Below the pieces are notes generated by a model. That model was given only the letters and a program-made list of their open reading frames with translations. It was not told the DNA's origin and did no database searches. Made by a program: the position numbers and the translations under genes. This document shows positions 25,771 through 39,982 of a stretch of DNA of 64,000 nucleotides, in pieces. The stretch spans positions 92,194,001 through 92,258,000 of the forward strand of contig NC_043000.1 in the NCBI RefSeq assembly GCF_006345805.1, read 5' to 3'. Each line of letters starts with the position of its first letter. Within the stretch, counting starts at the first letter, position 1. The stretch comes from Octopus sinensis (taxonomy: Eukaryota).

Positions 25771-26779
25771 AGTTTTGAAGCTACAATATTCCTCTGGCCC
25801 AATGAATCTTGTCAAAGTGTCCAACCAATGCCAGCTTAGAAAGTGGATGATGATGATAATGATGATGATGATGAACATGATAATGATGATAATGATTGTA
25901 GTTGTAAAGGCAGTGATGGTGAGAGTGGTGGTGGTAGTGGAGGAAAAGGGATAAGTCATGCATCAAGATATTGAATTGCCAGCAGTCCGAAGACCTGTTC
26001 TGTATATATATGTTCAAAGCAGAATCACATTATTCTGAGGATAGTCAAAGAATCCTGGGGATTTTTGCATAGTTAAGTGACAGTTTAACCAAACCAAAGT
26101 ACTTGTATGGATCTCCAGACATTACTTTGAAACCATTATGTAGTTTAATCTAAGGATTGTAGAGCAATTTACTTTCGACATACATTTGTCTGCATGAATG
26201 TGGGTGTATGTTTGCATGTATATATAACATATGTATGCGTGTGTATTGATTTGAAATAAAATTCATATTTATTGATTTATATCATATCATCTTCATTTCT
26301 GATTTGTCTTTTGTATCCCTTTACATGTATATAGATTTTTTTTCATATAGAGTAGATATATGCATTTCATTTCTGCATGTATGTTTGTATATACGTACTT
26401 ACACATGTGTATATACACACACATATACACACACACACACATAGCCACACATACGTACCCACACATATGTAAGTATATATGTGTGCGTGTATAAATATAT
26501 CTTATATGTATGTGTAAATGTATACACACATATATACATATGTATGTATAATTGCATGCATACATATACGCTTATGTATATACACACAGCAGCATATATA
26601 TGAAACATATATAGGCATATATATGTATATATATACACAAACATGCATATATACATATAAATTCATATGCACACACACACACAGACACCTGCACACACAT
26701 ATGGATTTACATGAGCATATACCTACTTACATATTCCTGAAAACACGTGCATATGTATGTGTATGTATGTGTGTTTGCG

Positions 26780-26812
<33 letters not shown>

Positions 26813-27700
26813 GTACGTATGTGTGTGTATATATGTATGTGCAGATATTTATATATATATTAAAAATCTAATCCATTTAGCTATAGACTTCGCACACACA
26901 TACACATACATAGACATATGCATTCTTGCACTCATGCACACACACACGCACATTAAAAAGATGCAAAAATTATTACTTCTTTGTCAATGAATGCACATAT
27001 GCAACCACAAACATTAATGCATGACATATGAGATGCACGCATACACACACTCATAATACATACACACATATACACACATGTCTGAAACACTTTTCATACG
27101 ATGCCGGCCAGATGCACACATACACACGCACACATATGTATACCTGCTAAATACTTATTAACACAGACGAATCCACTGGGGGAGAGACAGATATATGTAT
27201 TCACAAATGCACATAGAAAATCATAAAAATGCATCTATGCAATGCAGGAGATATATGCTGGCTAACTTATCTTTAATTTCCTATGAATTCTTTATTTTTA
27301 ACAGGAACAATTTACTCTTTCTAAAAATATTTCCAATTCTTTGGTAATATCAAGAGAATACACATGCAGTCCACCATATAATAAATATAAAAAAAATAAT
27401 TATGTGTGTGTATGCATGTATATATAAATATATATATATGTGTGTGTATGTGTTTGTGTGTGTGTGTGCATGTGTGTGTGTATATACAGAGACGCACATA
27501 AATACACACATATACCTTATGTATGTGTATACATATATATATATGTATACATATGTATATATATGCATAAATATATATATGCATATATATGCATAAATAT
27601 ATATATACATATATTTATATATATATATACACATATATATGTATGTGTCTGTATTAGTGTGACTGTGTGTGTATATGTATGCAAAAAGTGTATTCATGTC

Positions 27701-27751
<51 letters not shown>

Positions 27752-27789
27752 CACACACACATATTTAAATGCACACATCTTTTATGTGC

Positions 27790-28985
27790 AACAGAAGCAA
27801 TATTAGATTAAAATGCCCATTTATGTATCATATTCAATGTAAATACATTACGTTAGGCAAATTTACTGCTATATTTGTCCAAGGATAATATCTCTTATGG
27901 ACCTACTGGTTTTAACAATCTCAAATGCATCAGTAGGATATGAAAATCATCTGATGGTATTGTAGCAGAGCATTTCTATCATGTTGAGCTTTGTCAGTAA
28001 TATGTACATAGAGCCAACTGTATTCTAAGACAAAATCCATTGATAATAACAAAAAAGAAAGCAGTGATTAAAATGTCACTGAAGTTGCAATTAGCTTAAT
28101 TAAAATTCCTCATGTGCAACAGGAGCAGAATTAGATTAAAATAGCTATTTATGTTTCATAATATATACATATATATATATATATATATACATTGCAGTCG
28201 GTATAATTTACTGTGTATTCACAGACGGAAAATTTAGGCTATTGTCATTGTATTAATGATGCCTCACATGACAGCATGAACATGAATAATATGTGTACAA
28301 CTACATGCATTATAAATAATCGTAGGAAAAATATGACTGGTGATATTCTAACATTGTATGTACATAGGCATAAACTCTTCAGGGACATTGCAACATAGAA
28401 ACTAAGGTAGACTCTAATTGTTAAGTCAATAATCTATAGATAGGTAAAGAAAAGGAAAAAGCAAAAGAATATTACATGGTATAATCCACCTTTCTGTTAA
28501 GAGGCGAAACCTGTATAGGCAAAATCTTTCAAATACTTAGAAAATTAATGAGCACAAGTATATAATATGAGAGTGAAGTTGATGATAATAGTAGTAGTGC
28601 TGATTATTTAGTATATATACTTGTGTATTACATACACACATTTCAGCTAAACAAAGTCTATATTTATTCAATCCATTAACATAGGGTATGGATTTCCCAA
28701 TTATTTTCCAATTAATCACGTGGTGTTTTGTTTTCTTTCAATCTTCATACGTAGCTAGCCAACTTAGTAGCTTTGTTTTTGTCCTTATGTTAGAAGGAGG
28801 CTATGTGATAGTGCTTTTTTAAATTCTCCTTCACAAAATCCAATACAGGTCTTCTTATCTCTTGTATTATTATTTAGTATTGCAGTAACTTCTGCCTTAT
28901 ATACAATAGATTTAATGATATGTTCAATACTTAAAAATACATAATATAAATAATTTAAACATATATATAAAGCCCCTATGTTAGA
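27790..28985. mobile_element. Penelope-like element remnant in two converging pieces
   Basis: Plus strand KNITWYNPPF...IGKIF (~28460-28535); minus strand SIVYKAEV..KTCIGFCEGEFKK..TKLASYV..INWKII..RLCLAE (GIY-YIG); ~40-bp direct repeat at ~27790 and ~28117. Confidence 0.8.
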
Positions 28986-29029
28986 TAACACACACATATA
29001 AATATATATTATCTCTCTTCCTCTCTTTC

Positions 29030-29110
<81 letters not shown>

Positions 29111-29168
29111 ATATGTATGTATGTATATATATATGTTATATGTATGTATATATATATATGTGTGTATG

Positions 29169-29204
<36 letters not shown>

Positions 29205-29243
29205 GCGGCATTAGCCCCAAAAAGTTATTAGCAATAATGCAGT

Positions 29244-29455
29244 TCAGGTTAGTTAATATATGTGTGACATATTTTAACTTCTAAAGGCAAATTCATGCAG
29301 TTACCTAGGAATCTGATGTAGAGAAGCACTGGGCAGAATTAGTGTTTTTACATCTTATACCATAAGAGACAATTTTTCCTGAATGGTAACTACACTGAAT
29401 TTGCCTTTAGAAAATAAAATATGTCGCAAACATATTTTACCTAATCTAAAGTTCA
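29244..29455. repeat. Imperfect inverted repeat, MITE-like
   Basis: GACATATTTTA..TTCTAAAGGCAAATTCA..AGTTACC versus GGTAACT..TGAATTTGCCTTTAGAA..TAAAATATGTC. Confidence 0.6.
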
Positions 29456-29697
29456 TATATGACAGGCTGGTGATATTAATAAAGTGTTAAACACACTATG
29501 GTATGGAAATTAGAAGCTTCAGCTCTCTTTATAATTACTGAATTTGTTGACTATAGAAACATATTGGCTACCTGCTTCTATGGGAACATCTTAAATTGAT
29601 GTAGATACTTCAAATGGGAACCCGACAAGGTTTGGAAAATGATCGAGCCTGTTCGTCATTTTTCCTTTCTATGCAGAGATAGGTTGATTTGCCATGT

Positions 29698-29785
<88 letters not shown>

Positions 29786-29786
29786 T

Positions 29787-30050
29787 CATTGCCAGTGCCG
29801 CTGGACTGGCTCCTGTGCAGGTGACACATAAAAAGTACTATTTGAGAGTGGCCACTGCCAGTACCGCTTGACTGGCCCTTGTGCCAGTGGTACATAAACG
29901 CTTGGAGTGGTTGGCATTAGGAGGGGCATCCAGCTGTAGAAACTCTGCCAGATCAGATTGGAGTCTGGTGCAGACATCTGGTTTGCCAGACCTCAGTCAA
30001 ATCGTCCAACCCATGCTAGCATGGAAAGCAGATGTTAAACGATGATGATG
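29787..30050 (+). mobile_element. Family D (RTE tail) copy
   Basis: GGGGCATCCAGCTGTAGAAAC...CCATGCTAGCATGG...(GAT)n. Confidence 0.8.
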
Positions 30051-30350
30051 ATATATATGTATCTTTTTTTTATTTAGCAATTTACTATGTCCAGCATTTA
30101 AGCATCCATCATTTACAAAGCCAAGGAAGGTTGAAATCACATGATCTGGTGGTGTTGGCACAGAGGATGACTGTAGTGATATAAACATGTGTACATTTTG
30201 CACTAAAAGCCAATATGAGAGTTTCTCTCATGTTATTTACCACAGTATAGTTTGTTCTAACAGAACGTCCACATTTTAAGTGGAGATAAATATTACCTCT
30301 ATTATTAATACTGCCTCTGTTGCTAATATGTGTGTGTGTACACATGCATA

Positions 30351-30865
30351 CCATAAACCCTCGAGTATAGTCCGCCCTTGAGTATAATTTGCAGGGGATT
30401 TTTAGGGGGCTGTACTCCTGAAAAACCTAAACCTTGTGTATAATACACACCCCTTCTCTAACTTGAGTCAAGGAGGTCTATATAACGTCTTTGGTTTGTA
30501 AAACTGTATACGGTAACGTCCTTTATTATTATTATTGTATATATAACATAATGCAAATGTGTAGCTTTTTTGTGCATTTTGTTTGCAGAAAATAAAGAAA
30601 TAACAGTAATAACGTTTAATAAATGTTGCTTATTGCAAGTTATGGATGATTCTTTTATGATTTCATTGCTTTCAGGCTTAGCTTAAGGTATTTTTGCACT
30701 CTACATCACAAAATGCATCGGAATAAACATTGCCGGACAACAAATAGAGACTCGGACATTGCTTGGAAAATAACTTTCATTTTTAACCTCATATATAGTA
30801 CACACCAGGGATTTTGACCTTTAAATTTTGGGAAAAAAATGCGGATTATACTCGAGGATTTTTGG
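30351..30865. mobile_element. pogo/Tigger-like non-autonomous DNA transposon
   Basis: TA|CCATAAACCCTCGAGTATAGTCCGC ... GCGGATTATACTCGAGGATTTTTGG|TA terminal inverted repeats. Confidence 0.8.
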
Positions 30866-32184
30866 TATATATAGCCCCAAAAAGATGAAAGGCAAAGTCA
30901 ACCTCAGTGGAATTTGAACTCACAACATAGCGAGGGGTGAAATACTGCTAAGCATGTCGTTCATTATGCTAATGATTCTGCCAGCTCGTCAATAATGATG
31001 ATGATGATGATGATGATGATAATATAAAAATAATAATGAAATAAGGGTAAGTGTAGAGAATATATTGATAGTTTTACCTCCTTTCTTTAAAAAAAAACAA
31101 AATTGTTTGGATAAGGAGGAAGTACCTGAGAATTCTAAAATTACAAATAAATAGAAATGAAAATAACAGCAGCAGCAACAACAACAATGATAATAATTTG
31201 CAGCTTGATGTAAAATATGAAACTTAGATTCCAGCAAACCATTTCCAATTTAATATTTAATTTTTTCTTTTTTTTCTTTTTTATTCTTTCAGCATTTGAA
31301 AAATAATGTTGATAATGTAGGGATTCCATAACTGAATTGGTGATGGGTGGCAGAAACGGTGTTGTATTTCAGTGGAAGCCTTAAATTATAAGACAGTCAG
31401 TGAATTCCTAATTTGAAAAGGCAGCCGGTTTATCTAATGCTGAATTTGAAATTGGTAAGAAAATTATGTTTAGAAATACATTTCCTTTTTGGAATTGCTA
31501 ATAATCAAAATTAAGTTGTCTCTTGAGAAGTTACAGTATGCAGATCTAAGAGTTTTATTACAAATGCTTGATGGCATTAAGTACGATCTTTTGGGGAATG
31601 TTTACATCTCAATGTTGGCACTGAAACTGGAGGAAATACAAAAAATACACAACCACATGGCTATACATATAAGAAAATTGCTGTTGTCACAGTTGTTGTT
31701 AAACTTCAGGTCAGCTCTGATCAAGTAGTTCAGTGATCAAAGGCATTCCACCCGTGACTATCCTGTCTTTTGGTGAGGATATTTACAGCTCAAGGTTTAC
31801 ATTGTTGTTGAACAAAGTACACATCTACTCATTATATGTGTTTATGCATGTAAAAAGGTTACTGTTGTTGTTAAGCTCTCCAGACCAGCCTTTTTCATGT
31901 TCAGGAATCGAAGGCAATCAAAGCAGGACTATCTTGTCTTTTGTTGGGAATACTTACATCTCAAAACATTCATTAACGCTGGAGGAAATATATGCCCATT
32001 CGTTATACATTTGTTTGAAGAGAACATCATATACTAACGGATACAATGCTTTCTCTTATATATAGGTTTCATAGCGGGCAAGATAAGTGGTGTGGTAAAA
32101 GTGACGGTAGCGAAGATATGAATGGATTCAATTCCACTTCTTTTTACATGAGCAGATCATTGTGATGAATAAAAGAGTTGATGT

Positions 32185-32220
<36 letters not shown>

Positions 32221-32326
32221 TTGCGAAATTTGATTTAGTATTTCTAAATTAAATTTTTCCCTGTAAGTTTGGAATAATATTCTCTCATATTATTATTATA
32301 TTTATTTATATATATATATATATATA

Positions 32327-33150
32327 CAGAGATCAGTGAATAAACTGTCGTCTAAATTATGCAAAAATGAAAATAACACTGACATTTTAACATATATATT
32401 AACCAAAATTACATAAAATTATCTTGAAATACTAAAGAGTAAAATTATTCCATGATGGCTTCAAACATGGCTTTCAAGCGTCTTTCCTGTAACTCTTCTG
32501 AACAGTCTCAGTCTCCTTGTTTAAGTTGGTCAAGGTTGCCATAATCCTTGCCTTCAGTTCATCTTTAGTGTTACAAGGAGTTTTGTTGGTCTCTCACTCA
32601 ACTGTACCCCACACAATAATCAAGGGGTTTGCAGTGTGGGGAGTTAGGTGGCCAGATGTTAGGAGTGATACGGTCACAGAAATTGTCTGACAGCCATGAC
32701 TGGGTTCTCCCGCTTGTGTGACATGGTGCAGAGTCCTGTTGCCAGATATAGGGTCTTCCAGTAGCTAACCTCTTGGCCCAGGGCAGCGCTATTTCCTCCA
32801 GGCACTTAATGTAGACATCCGTGTTGAGTGGGAGATTGTGTGGGAAGATGAATGGAGGCATAACGTTACCATCACTAGTGTTCACTTCAAGCACCATAAT
32901 GTTGACTGGATGTTTGATTTTTATCACTATTGGTACATGTCTGCAAATTGACACCCAAACACTTTGAAATGTTCATATTAGTGCTTCTGGCATGAATGTC
33001 AATCAGTACAGCATGTTGTTTCCAAATTTCTGGCAGAGTGAATTGTATCACAGAGCTGTTTTCCTCATAGACAGTGCCCAACTGATCTACTATCCTGTGT
33101 AGTCAACAAAATCAAAAAAATGAGAAAAACAATGTACATGCATGAAATTA
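32327..33150 (-). mobile_element. maT-family (DD37D) transposase remnant, internally deleted
   Basis: WQQDSAPCH...WPPNSPHCKPLDY; I count 37 residues between the second and third Asp. Confidence 0.85.
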
Positions 33151-33421
33151 AAAATATAAAATATTTTGAAAATAATGAAGTATTTTGATAACATAAATTT
33201 TTCATTATTAAACTGGAGTTTGGAATTGAAATTAATGTGAAATTGAGATGGAAGGTTTTAATTTAGATCATTTAGAAACAGTAAGTTTGTGTTGTGTCAT
33301 AGGACCAGTATTCGTGTGGGCAGGTTAATATCAAAAGAGATATGTGTGTGTGTGTGCCTATGTATGTATATGTGTGTATATATATATATATATGTATATA
33401 TATGCATATGTATATGTATGT

Positions 33422-33455
<34 letters not shown>

Positions 33456-33531
33456 ATGCATATGTATATATATGTATATGCATATATATATATATATACA
33501 TTGTGTATATATATATATGTATATGTATATA

Positions 33532-33563
<32 letters not shown>

Positions 33564-33661
33564 AATTATATGTATATGTACATGTATATATATATGTATA
33601 TGTATATACATACATACATACATTATATGTATATATATATGTATATGTATACATACATACA

Positions 33662-33706
<45 letters not shown>

Positions 33707-34070
33707 ATGTCTACCAAATCTACTCATAAGGCTTTTGAGGCTATAGTAGAAGATATTTGCCCAAGATGTCATATAGTGGGACTGATCCCAGAGCCATGTG
33801 GTTTAGGAAGAAAACTTCATACCACTCAGTCACAACTGGGCTTAATCAAACATACACATGCACAGCATACATACATATATATATTTACATATGTTAATAC
33901 ATATGTATATTGAATATATAGGCATAATGTATATCTATCTATATATATATGTAGGTATGTATTGATGTATGTATGTATCTATGTGTGTATGTGTGTGTGA
34001 GTTTGTGTGCATAGATTTACACACACAAGTACGTACACACACATTATATATATATATATATATACACACA

Positions 34071-34120
<50 letters not shown>

Positions 34121-34809
34121 TATATAATATATATACATATATATATATAATGCATATATATATAATATATATATGCATATATAATATATATATATATTGC
34201 ATATATATATATATATATTTAAACAGGCATCTATGATTTCATTTTCCCTCTAAATTCTAAATTTGTCAACCCTCAGAAAACGTTGCTTTTGTTCCTTTTT
34301 TTTTATTTTTCTAACTCATTTTTCACTCATTTGAGGAGACTGTCTAATATCTCATTGTCTCATGAATATAATTCTTAAGACATGAATCCCTGCCCAACCC
34401 CTCCAAAAAAAAAAAACGAAAAAAAAAGCAACAACAACAACAAAAAAACAAATTATTTACTCATTCTCTCAATCTGACACACATCTCTTAACGCTGCATA
34501 CTCTATCAGCTATAAAGTTGCACATTTAACTGAATCGAATACTTTAATGGCAATTCCAAGATATTAATTATCACACTTGAATCACTCTAGCTTTCTTACA
34601 TGTGTTTATTCATTGATGTTGCTGGTGGTGGTGGTGGTGGTAGTGGTGGTGGTGACAGAAGTGGTTGTGGTGATGATGGTGATGGTGGCAGTGTGGGTGA
34701 TAGATTTCTGTCTTTTTATTTCATTTCCTGCTGACTTCTATATTTATTTTTTAAGATTTTTATAGTAGTTTTGTTTTGATTTTTTTTATTACCTATCATT
34801 ATTATTATT

Positions 34810-34841
<32 letters not shown>

Positions 34842-35162
34842 TATCATCCTCATTATCACCACAACGACCACTACCATCAACAGTTTCATCATCATTATTA
34901 TCATTATCATTATCAGCATCATAACGATGATGATAATGATGATTATTATTATTATTATTATGATTATTATGATTATTATTGAATGACAGAGCAACGCATA
35001 CCATCAAATTGACACTGGGGTACAAATATGCGAAGCCCAGTATACCCATCATGACTACCAGTCTGATAAGGGTATACCAGGCACATGCATCACAACCATA
35101 TGTGCATGGCATGGTGATTTCATATCAAGATAAACAGCGCATGACCTTGCAGGTGAGGCCCA

Positions 35163-35204
<42 letters not shown>

Positions 35205-35449
35205 GATTATCATCATCATCAAGTCAGTTAGCATGACGGGCGAAATGCTTAATGGTATTTTGTCTGTCGCTATGTTCTGAGTTCCGATTCTTACAAGGTC
35301 AACTTTGCCTTTCATCCTTTCAGGGTCAATAAAATAAATACCAGTCAAGTGCTGGGGGTATGTGATCACTTGTCCCCTGTCCCCTCAAATCCTAGTCTCT
35401 GTGCCTATAGTAGAAATGATTATTATTATTATTAATATCATCATCATCA

Positions 35450-35492
<43 letters not shown>

Positions 35493-36672
35493 CTTATGGT
35501 TATCTTACATATTAAAATGTTGATCGCGTTTTTGTCTTTTCCTTTGCAAGCACCATCTTTTGCCGACATGAACTACAGCAAGAACAAGAGCAGCAACAGC
35601 AGCGATATTATCAACAACAACACCTCCAACAACAACAACATTAGTAATTAATTCAGTCTCAATAATTTGATCTGTTCTTTGTCTACAGTATCTACCTGGT
35701 TGCTTGGTTGCCTATCTTTCTGTCTGTCTCTCTCTCTCTCTCTTCCTCCTTAGCTCTTTCTCTCCCCCAACAACCCTTTCTCCTTCTGCCCATATTTCTT
35801 CTGTATATCGCCATTTCTATTATCAACTTCAGTTTACTTTTCATGTCTATGTCTTTTGTTGTTGTCATCGTTGTCATCGTCCTCCTCCTCTCCTCCCTCT
35901 CCTTCCCCTCCTCCTCCTCCTCCCCCACCTCCACCTCTTCTCTTCCTCACCTCCTCGTCCTCATTCCCCTCTCCTCTTCCTTCCCTCCTTCATCATTGCC
36001 GTCTTTGTCATCGTCATCATCATCTTCATCATCAGCAACTTCCTCACTACCACCATCACCACCATCATCATCATCAATACCATCACCATTATCACCCTCG
36101 CTGTCATCATCCTCCTCGTTATTTCACATCTGCCTTGTATGCCGACATGGGTTTGATGGTTTGACAGTATCCAAAAAGCCGGATTTTCCGTTGGATCTGA
36201 AATGCCAACCACTCTACAGAGTGTACTGGGTGCTTCTTTTCTGGTGTATGTACGTGTGTGTGTGGGGGGGGAGTGTCATTGTCACTAGTGAGGTCAGCAA
36301 GTAGCTCACAACACAAGAGGAAACAACCTCAATCAACTCAGGTTGTAACAGAGAGAGAGAGAGAGAGGTAGCTTAAACCAAGTGGTGAGTGGCTAATGCA
36401 TGTGTGTGTGTGTGTGTGTGTGTAAATATGGACCCATATATATGAAAGGGAATCAAAGATGCTTCTTCATCAGCCTCTTATATGTTTTACTCACCTTTCT
36501 TTTACTCGTCCCTTGTGTTGCACATCATCCCTATATCATTCATCTGTCTGTAAATCAAGACATTCAGAAACAGGTCAGGGTTGAGTAACAGGGAGAACAT
36601 TCAACTGAAGAAGACGAACGGCCTCCAACACCATTTAGTGCATGCAAGCGTGGAAAAACGGACATTAACTGG

Positions 36673-36703
<31 letters not shown>

Positions 36704-37460
36704 GGTGATGATGATGATGATGATGATGACCACGATCATGTTCAAGATGACAAAGATGATGATGATGACTATGTTGGTCATGGTGACAATGATGACGATG
36801 ATAGTGATGTTGATGATGATGATGATGATGAAGCTGATGGTGATGGTGACGATGATGATAATGATCATGATGATGTCAGTGATGATGACGAACAACGACA
36901 ACAAAGACAACGATAATAATGATGATGATGTTTTATTCACCCTTGGCATTCATCTCAACCTCTTCCCATGTATCATGAACTCAGCCATTTCCTCTCAACT
37001 ACTGTCAGGTTTGCAAATGTTCATTTAGTCTTGTCAAAAATTTAACCATCTCTCTAGTATTTGTGCCTTGCAAAAATACACACTAGGTACCCTCTGTAAA
37101 GTAATTGGTGATAGAGAAAGAGTGTCCAGCAATAGAAAAAAAACCCCAAAATGATACAAATAAAAGGTGGTTCTGGGACCCATGAAAGACAGCAGCAAAA
37201 AAAAACCCTGTTCAATCCAAATCAGATCAAAACACTGTGTCTGGCAATCATCCCCTGTTCTGAGCAAAGCCTTTTGGTTTTTATAGAGAAGACTTTTGGG
37301 GGAGATTCTTTGTGATAAAATATTATAGGTAGCTCCGTTTTACTTTTGTATACAGAATGTAAATGCTATACACAGTGGTATTTTCATCTAAGGTTAGTTC
37401 AAGTATATAAATAAATACATACATACATACATTCATACATATATATATTATATATATATA

Positions 37461-37500
<40 letters not shown>

Positions 37501-37502
37501 AT

Positions 37503-37893
37503 AGTCTCGCTGGCCCCCATGCCGGTGGCACGTAAAAAGCACCATCCGTTCGTGGCCGTTGCCAGCGCTGCCCCGACTGGCCTCCGTGCCGGTGGCACGT
37601 AAAAGCACCATCCATTCGTGTTCGTTGCCAGCCTTGCCTGGCCCCCGTGCCAGTGGCACGTAAAAAGCACCATCTGTTCATGGCCGTTTGCCAGCTCCGT
37701 CTGGCACCTGTGTGGGTGGCATGTAAAAAGCACCCACTACACTCGCGGAGTGGTTGGCGTTAGGAAGGGCATCCAGCCGTAGAAACACTGCCAGATCAGA
37801 CTGGGCCTGATGCAGCCTTCTGGCTTCACAGACCCCAATTGAACCGTCCAACCCATACTAGCATGGAAAACGGATGCTAAATGATGATGATGA
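37503..37893 (+). mobile_element. Family D (RTE tail) copy with four ~65-nt tandem units
   Basis: GTGCCGGTGGCACGTAAAAAGCACC-like unit x4, then the GGAAGGGCATCC motif and (GAT)n. Confidence 0.85.
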
Positions 37894-38229
37894 TATATAT
37901 ATATATATATGTAGATATTATGTATGCATATACATATGTGTGTGCATATGTTTATGCCTACATGTACACCTATGTATATATACGTACACACATACATACA
38001 TGAATATGTACAAACATATATATATATACACATATAGTGGGTTACTTTCATAACCCCTATCTTACTTTGTACTATATATATATGTATAGATGATTAGATT
38101 GAAGCCTGGTGCAGCCAACCCATGCCAGCATGGAGAACGGACGTTAAACGATGATGATAATGTATATGTATACTCACTCATGCACACATACACATATGGA
38201 GTGAGAGAGAGCGAGATGAATGTATATAA

Positions 38230-38260
<31 letters not shown>

Positions 38261-39521
38261 CATACATATATATGTATATATGTATGTATGTATGTATGTA
38301 TATGTATATGTATATATTTGTGTGTGTGTGTGTATGTGTTTGTGTGTGTGTGAGTTTGTGTGAAAAAAAAGCACTATCCTGCTTTCTCTTCTCCAAGGCT
38401 ATAATTTTCCCCCAACTAACTAACCCACCCTTATATTAAACTGTTCCCTAATGTCTTAATTGCCTCTTATGCCACCTTTTTGAATTATTTTTTCAATTTA
38501 GCTTTGCACATCTAAATCTGTATTAAGCAGAGAATACTTTTCTGTCTGTCTGTTTCTTTTTCCTGTCACTACCTTTCTTCATCTTGTTTATGACTTAAAC
38601 ACATTATCCTTTTCTTTTATGCAATTTATATTGCCACCCCAGCATTTTTATCGTATTTTTGCCCCTCTTATATTTCCTTCTACTCCTCTTCTTTAATCAT
38701 ATCACGTTGAATCTTTCTGTTCCATGGTTTCTAACTCTATTCTGTTTATTTATACATCTTCTACATCTTCTACCCCACCTTTTCAAAGTGGTGCTTCCAT
38801 TTTCTACTTCAAGTTTTGGATCTCAAAACACTTTAAATATCTCCTCAACTGAAATCTATTTCATCCTCTCTTTTCTTGTTTTCTCTTCAACTTTCTCTTT
38901 GTGTCTCTTTAACTTTCTCTCCCTGTTAACAATTTCCTAACTTTCCCCAAATATATATATAATGTTGATCTCAAATTATTTTATTCTCTCTATCCCATAG
39001 TCTTTAACCACACTTATAATTTAGGCTAATATTTCTATATTGGCCCCTATCTCAATTCCTTCCTCAAACCTCAACTGAACAGTCTCTGAAAATGCAAATA
39101 AAAAAGGACATGTTTGATAATGTAGTTTGGGGTACATAATACTTGAAAGAAGATGGGATGGTCATGGTTTGAATGTCTTTGATTATAGACCAACTTAAAT
39201 AGGAATTCCTTAAGGTTAAACAACTGCCACCAAATATCTCTATACATTTCTACCCCTTTCCCTGTTTTTAGATGTTCCTTAATTTCTACCAAAACCTTTG
39301 TCATTAATCTCTAACTATCTTACTCTCCCTATTTTTTAGTCTTGAACTTTATTCTCTAGGATCCTCTATAGCTCACTCACTCCTCTTTCAAACTATCTCA
39401 TTTTCCTTCTCCTTCTTTATATTACAAAATCTCCCCTCTCTTTCTCATGGTCTCTGCCTTATTTTTCTCTTCATTTCTTTCTCTCTAACCCTGTCTTTCT
39501 CCCCCTTCTCTCTATATATAT

Positions 39522-39561
<40 letters not shown>

Positions 39562-39605
39562 GTGTGTGTGTATATACATACATACATATATATATAATAT
39601 AGTTA

Positions 39606-39945
39606 CTAGTGTGTTACCCTTCATATAAGTGGTAACTTTGATAGCATACTTTTACTGCCCTGTGTAATTTTGAGAAATATGGCATGCACATAATTATTAG
39701 AATTTAATGATTATCAAATTTGTCAATGATTATACAAGATGATAAAATAAATGTTAATTTTCAAAACAATATTTATTACCATAAAATACGATTAAATAAA
39801 ACAAATTTCTCATTTGTAAATTTGCAATAAATAAATGCTACTATTTTTTGAAAATTTTATCCACATAATTGCAGTCCACCCTATCAAAAGAAATCTATCT
39901 TTGCAAAATTCAAACCCTACCCATAATTACTCTGTCATTTAAGCT
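39606..39945 (-). mobile_element. Possible Helitron 3' end
   Basis: Minus strand GTTACC...GGTAAC hairpin then ACACTAG|T; the 5' end was not found. Confidence 0.4.
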
Positions 39946-39982
39946 CTCCTCCTCCTCCTCGTCGTCGTCATCATCATCATCA

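Noticed and set aside
36581-36916. Asp-rich ORF resembling a biomineralisation protein
   Set aside because: It is the expanded (GAT)n tail of an RTE-type repeat.
37519-37735. CRISPR-like repeat-spacer appearance
   Set aside because: The spacers are homologous to each other, the array lies in an RTE 3' UTR, the context is eukaryotic and there are no cas genes.
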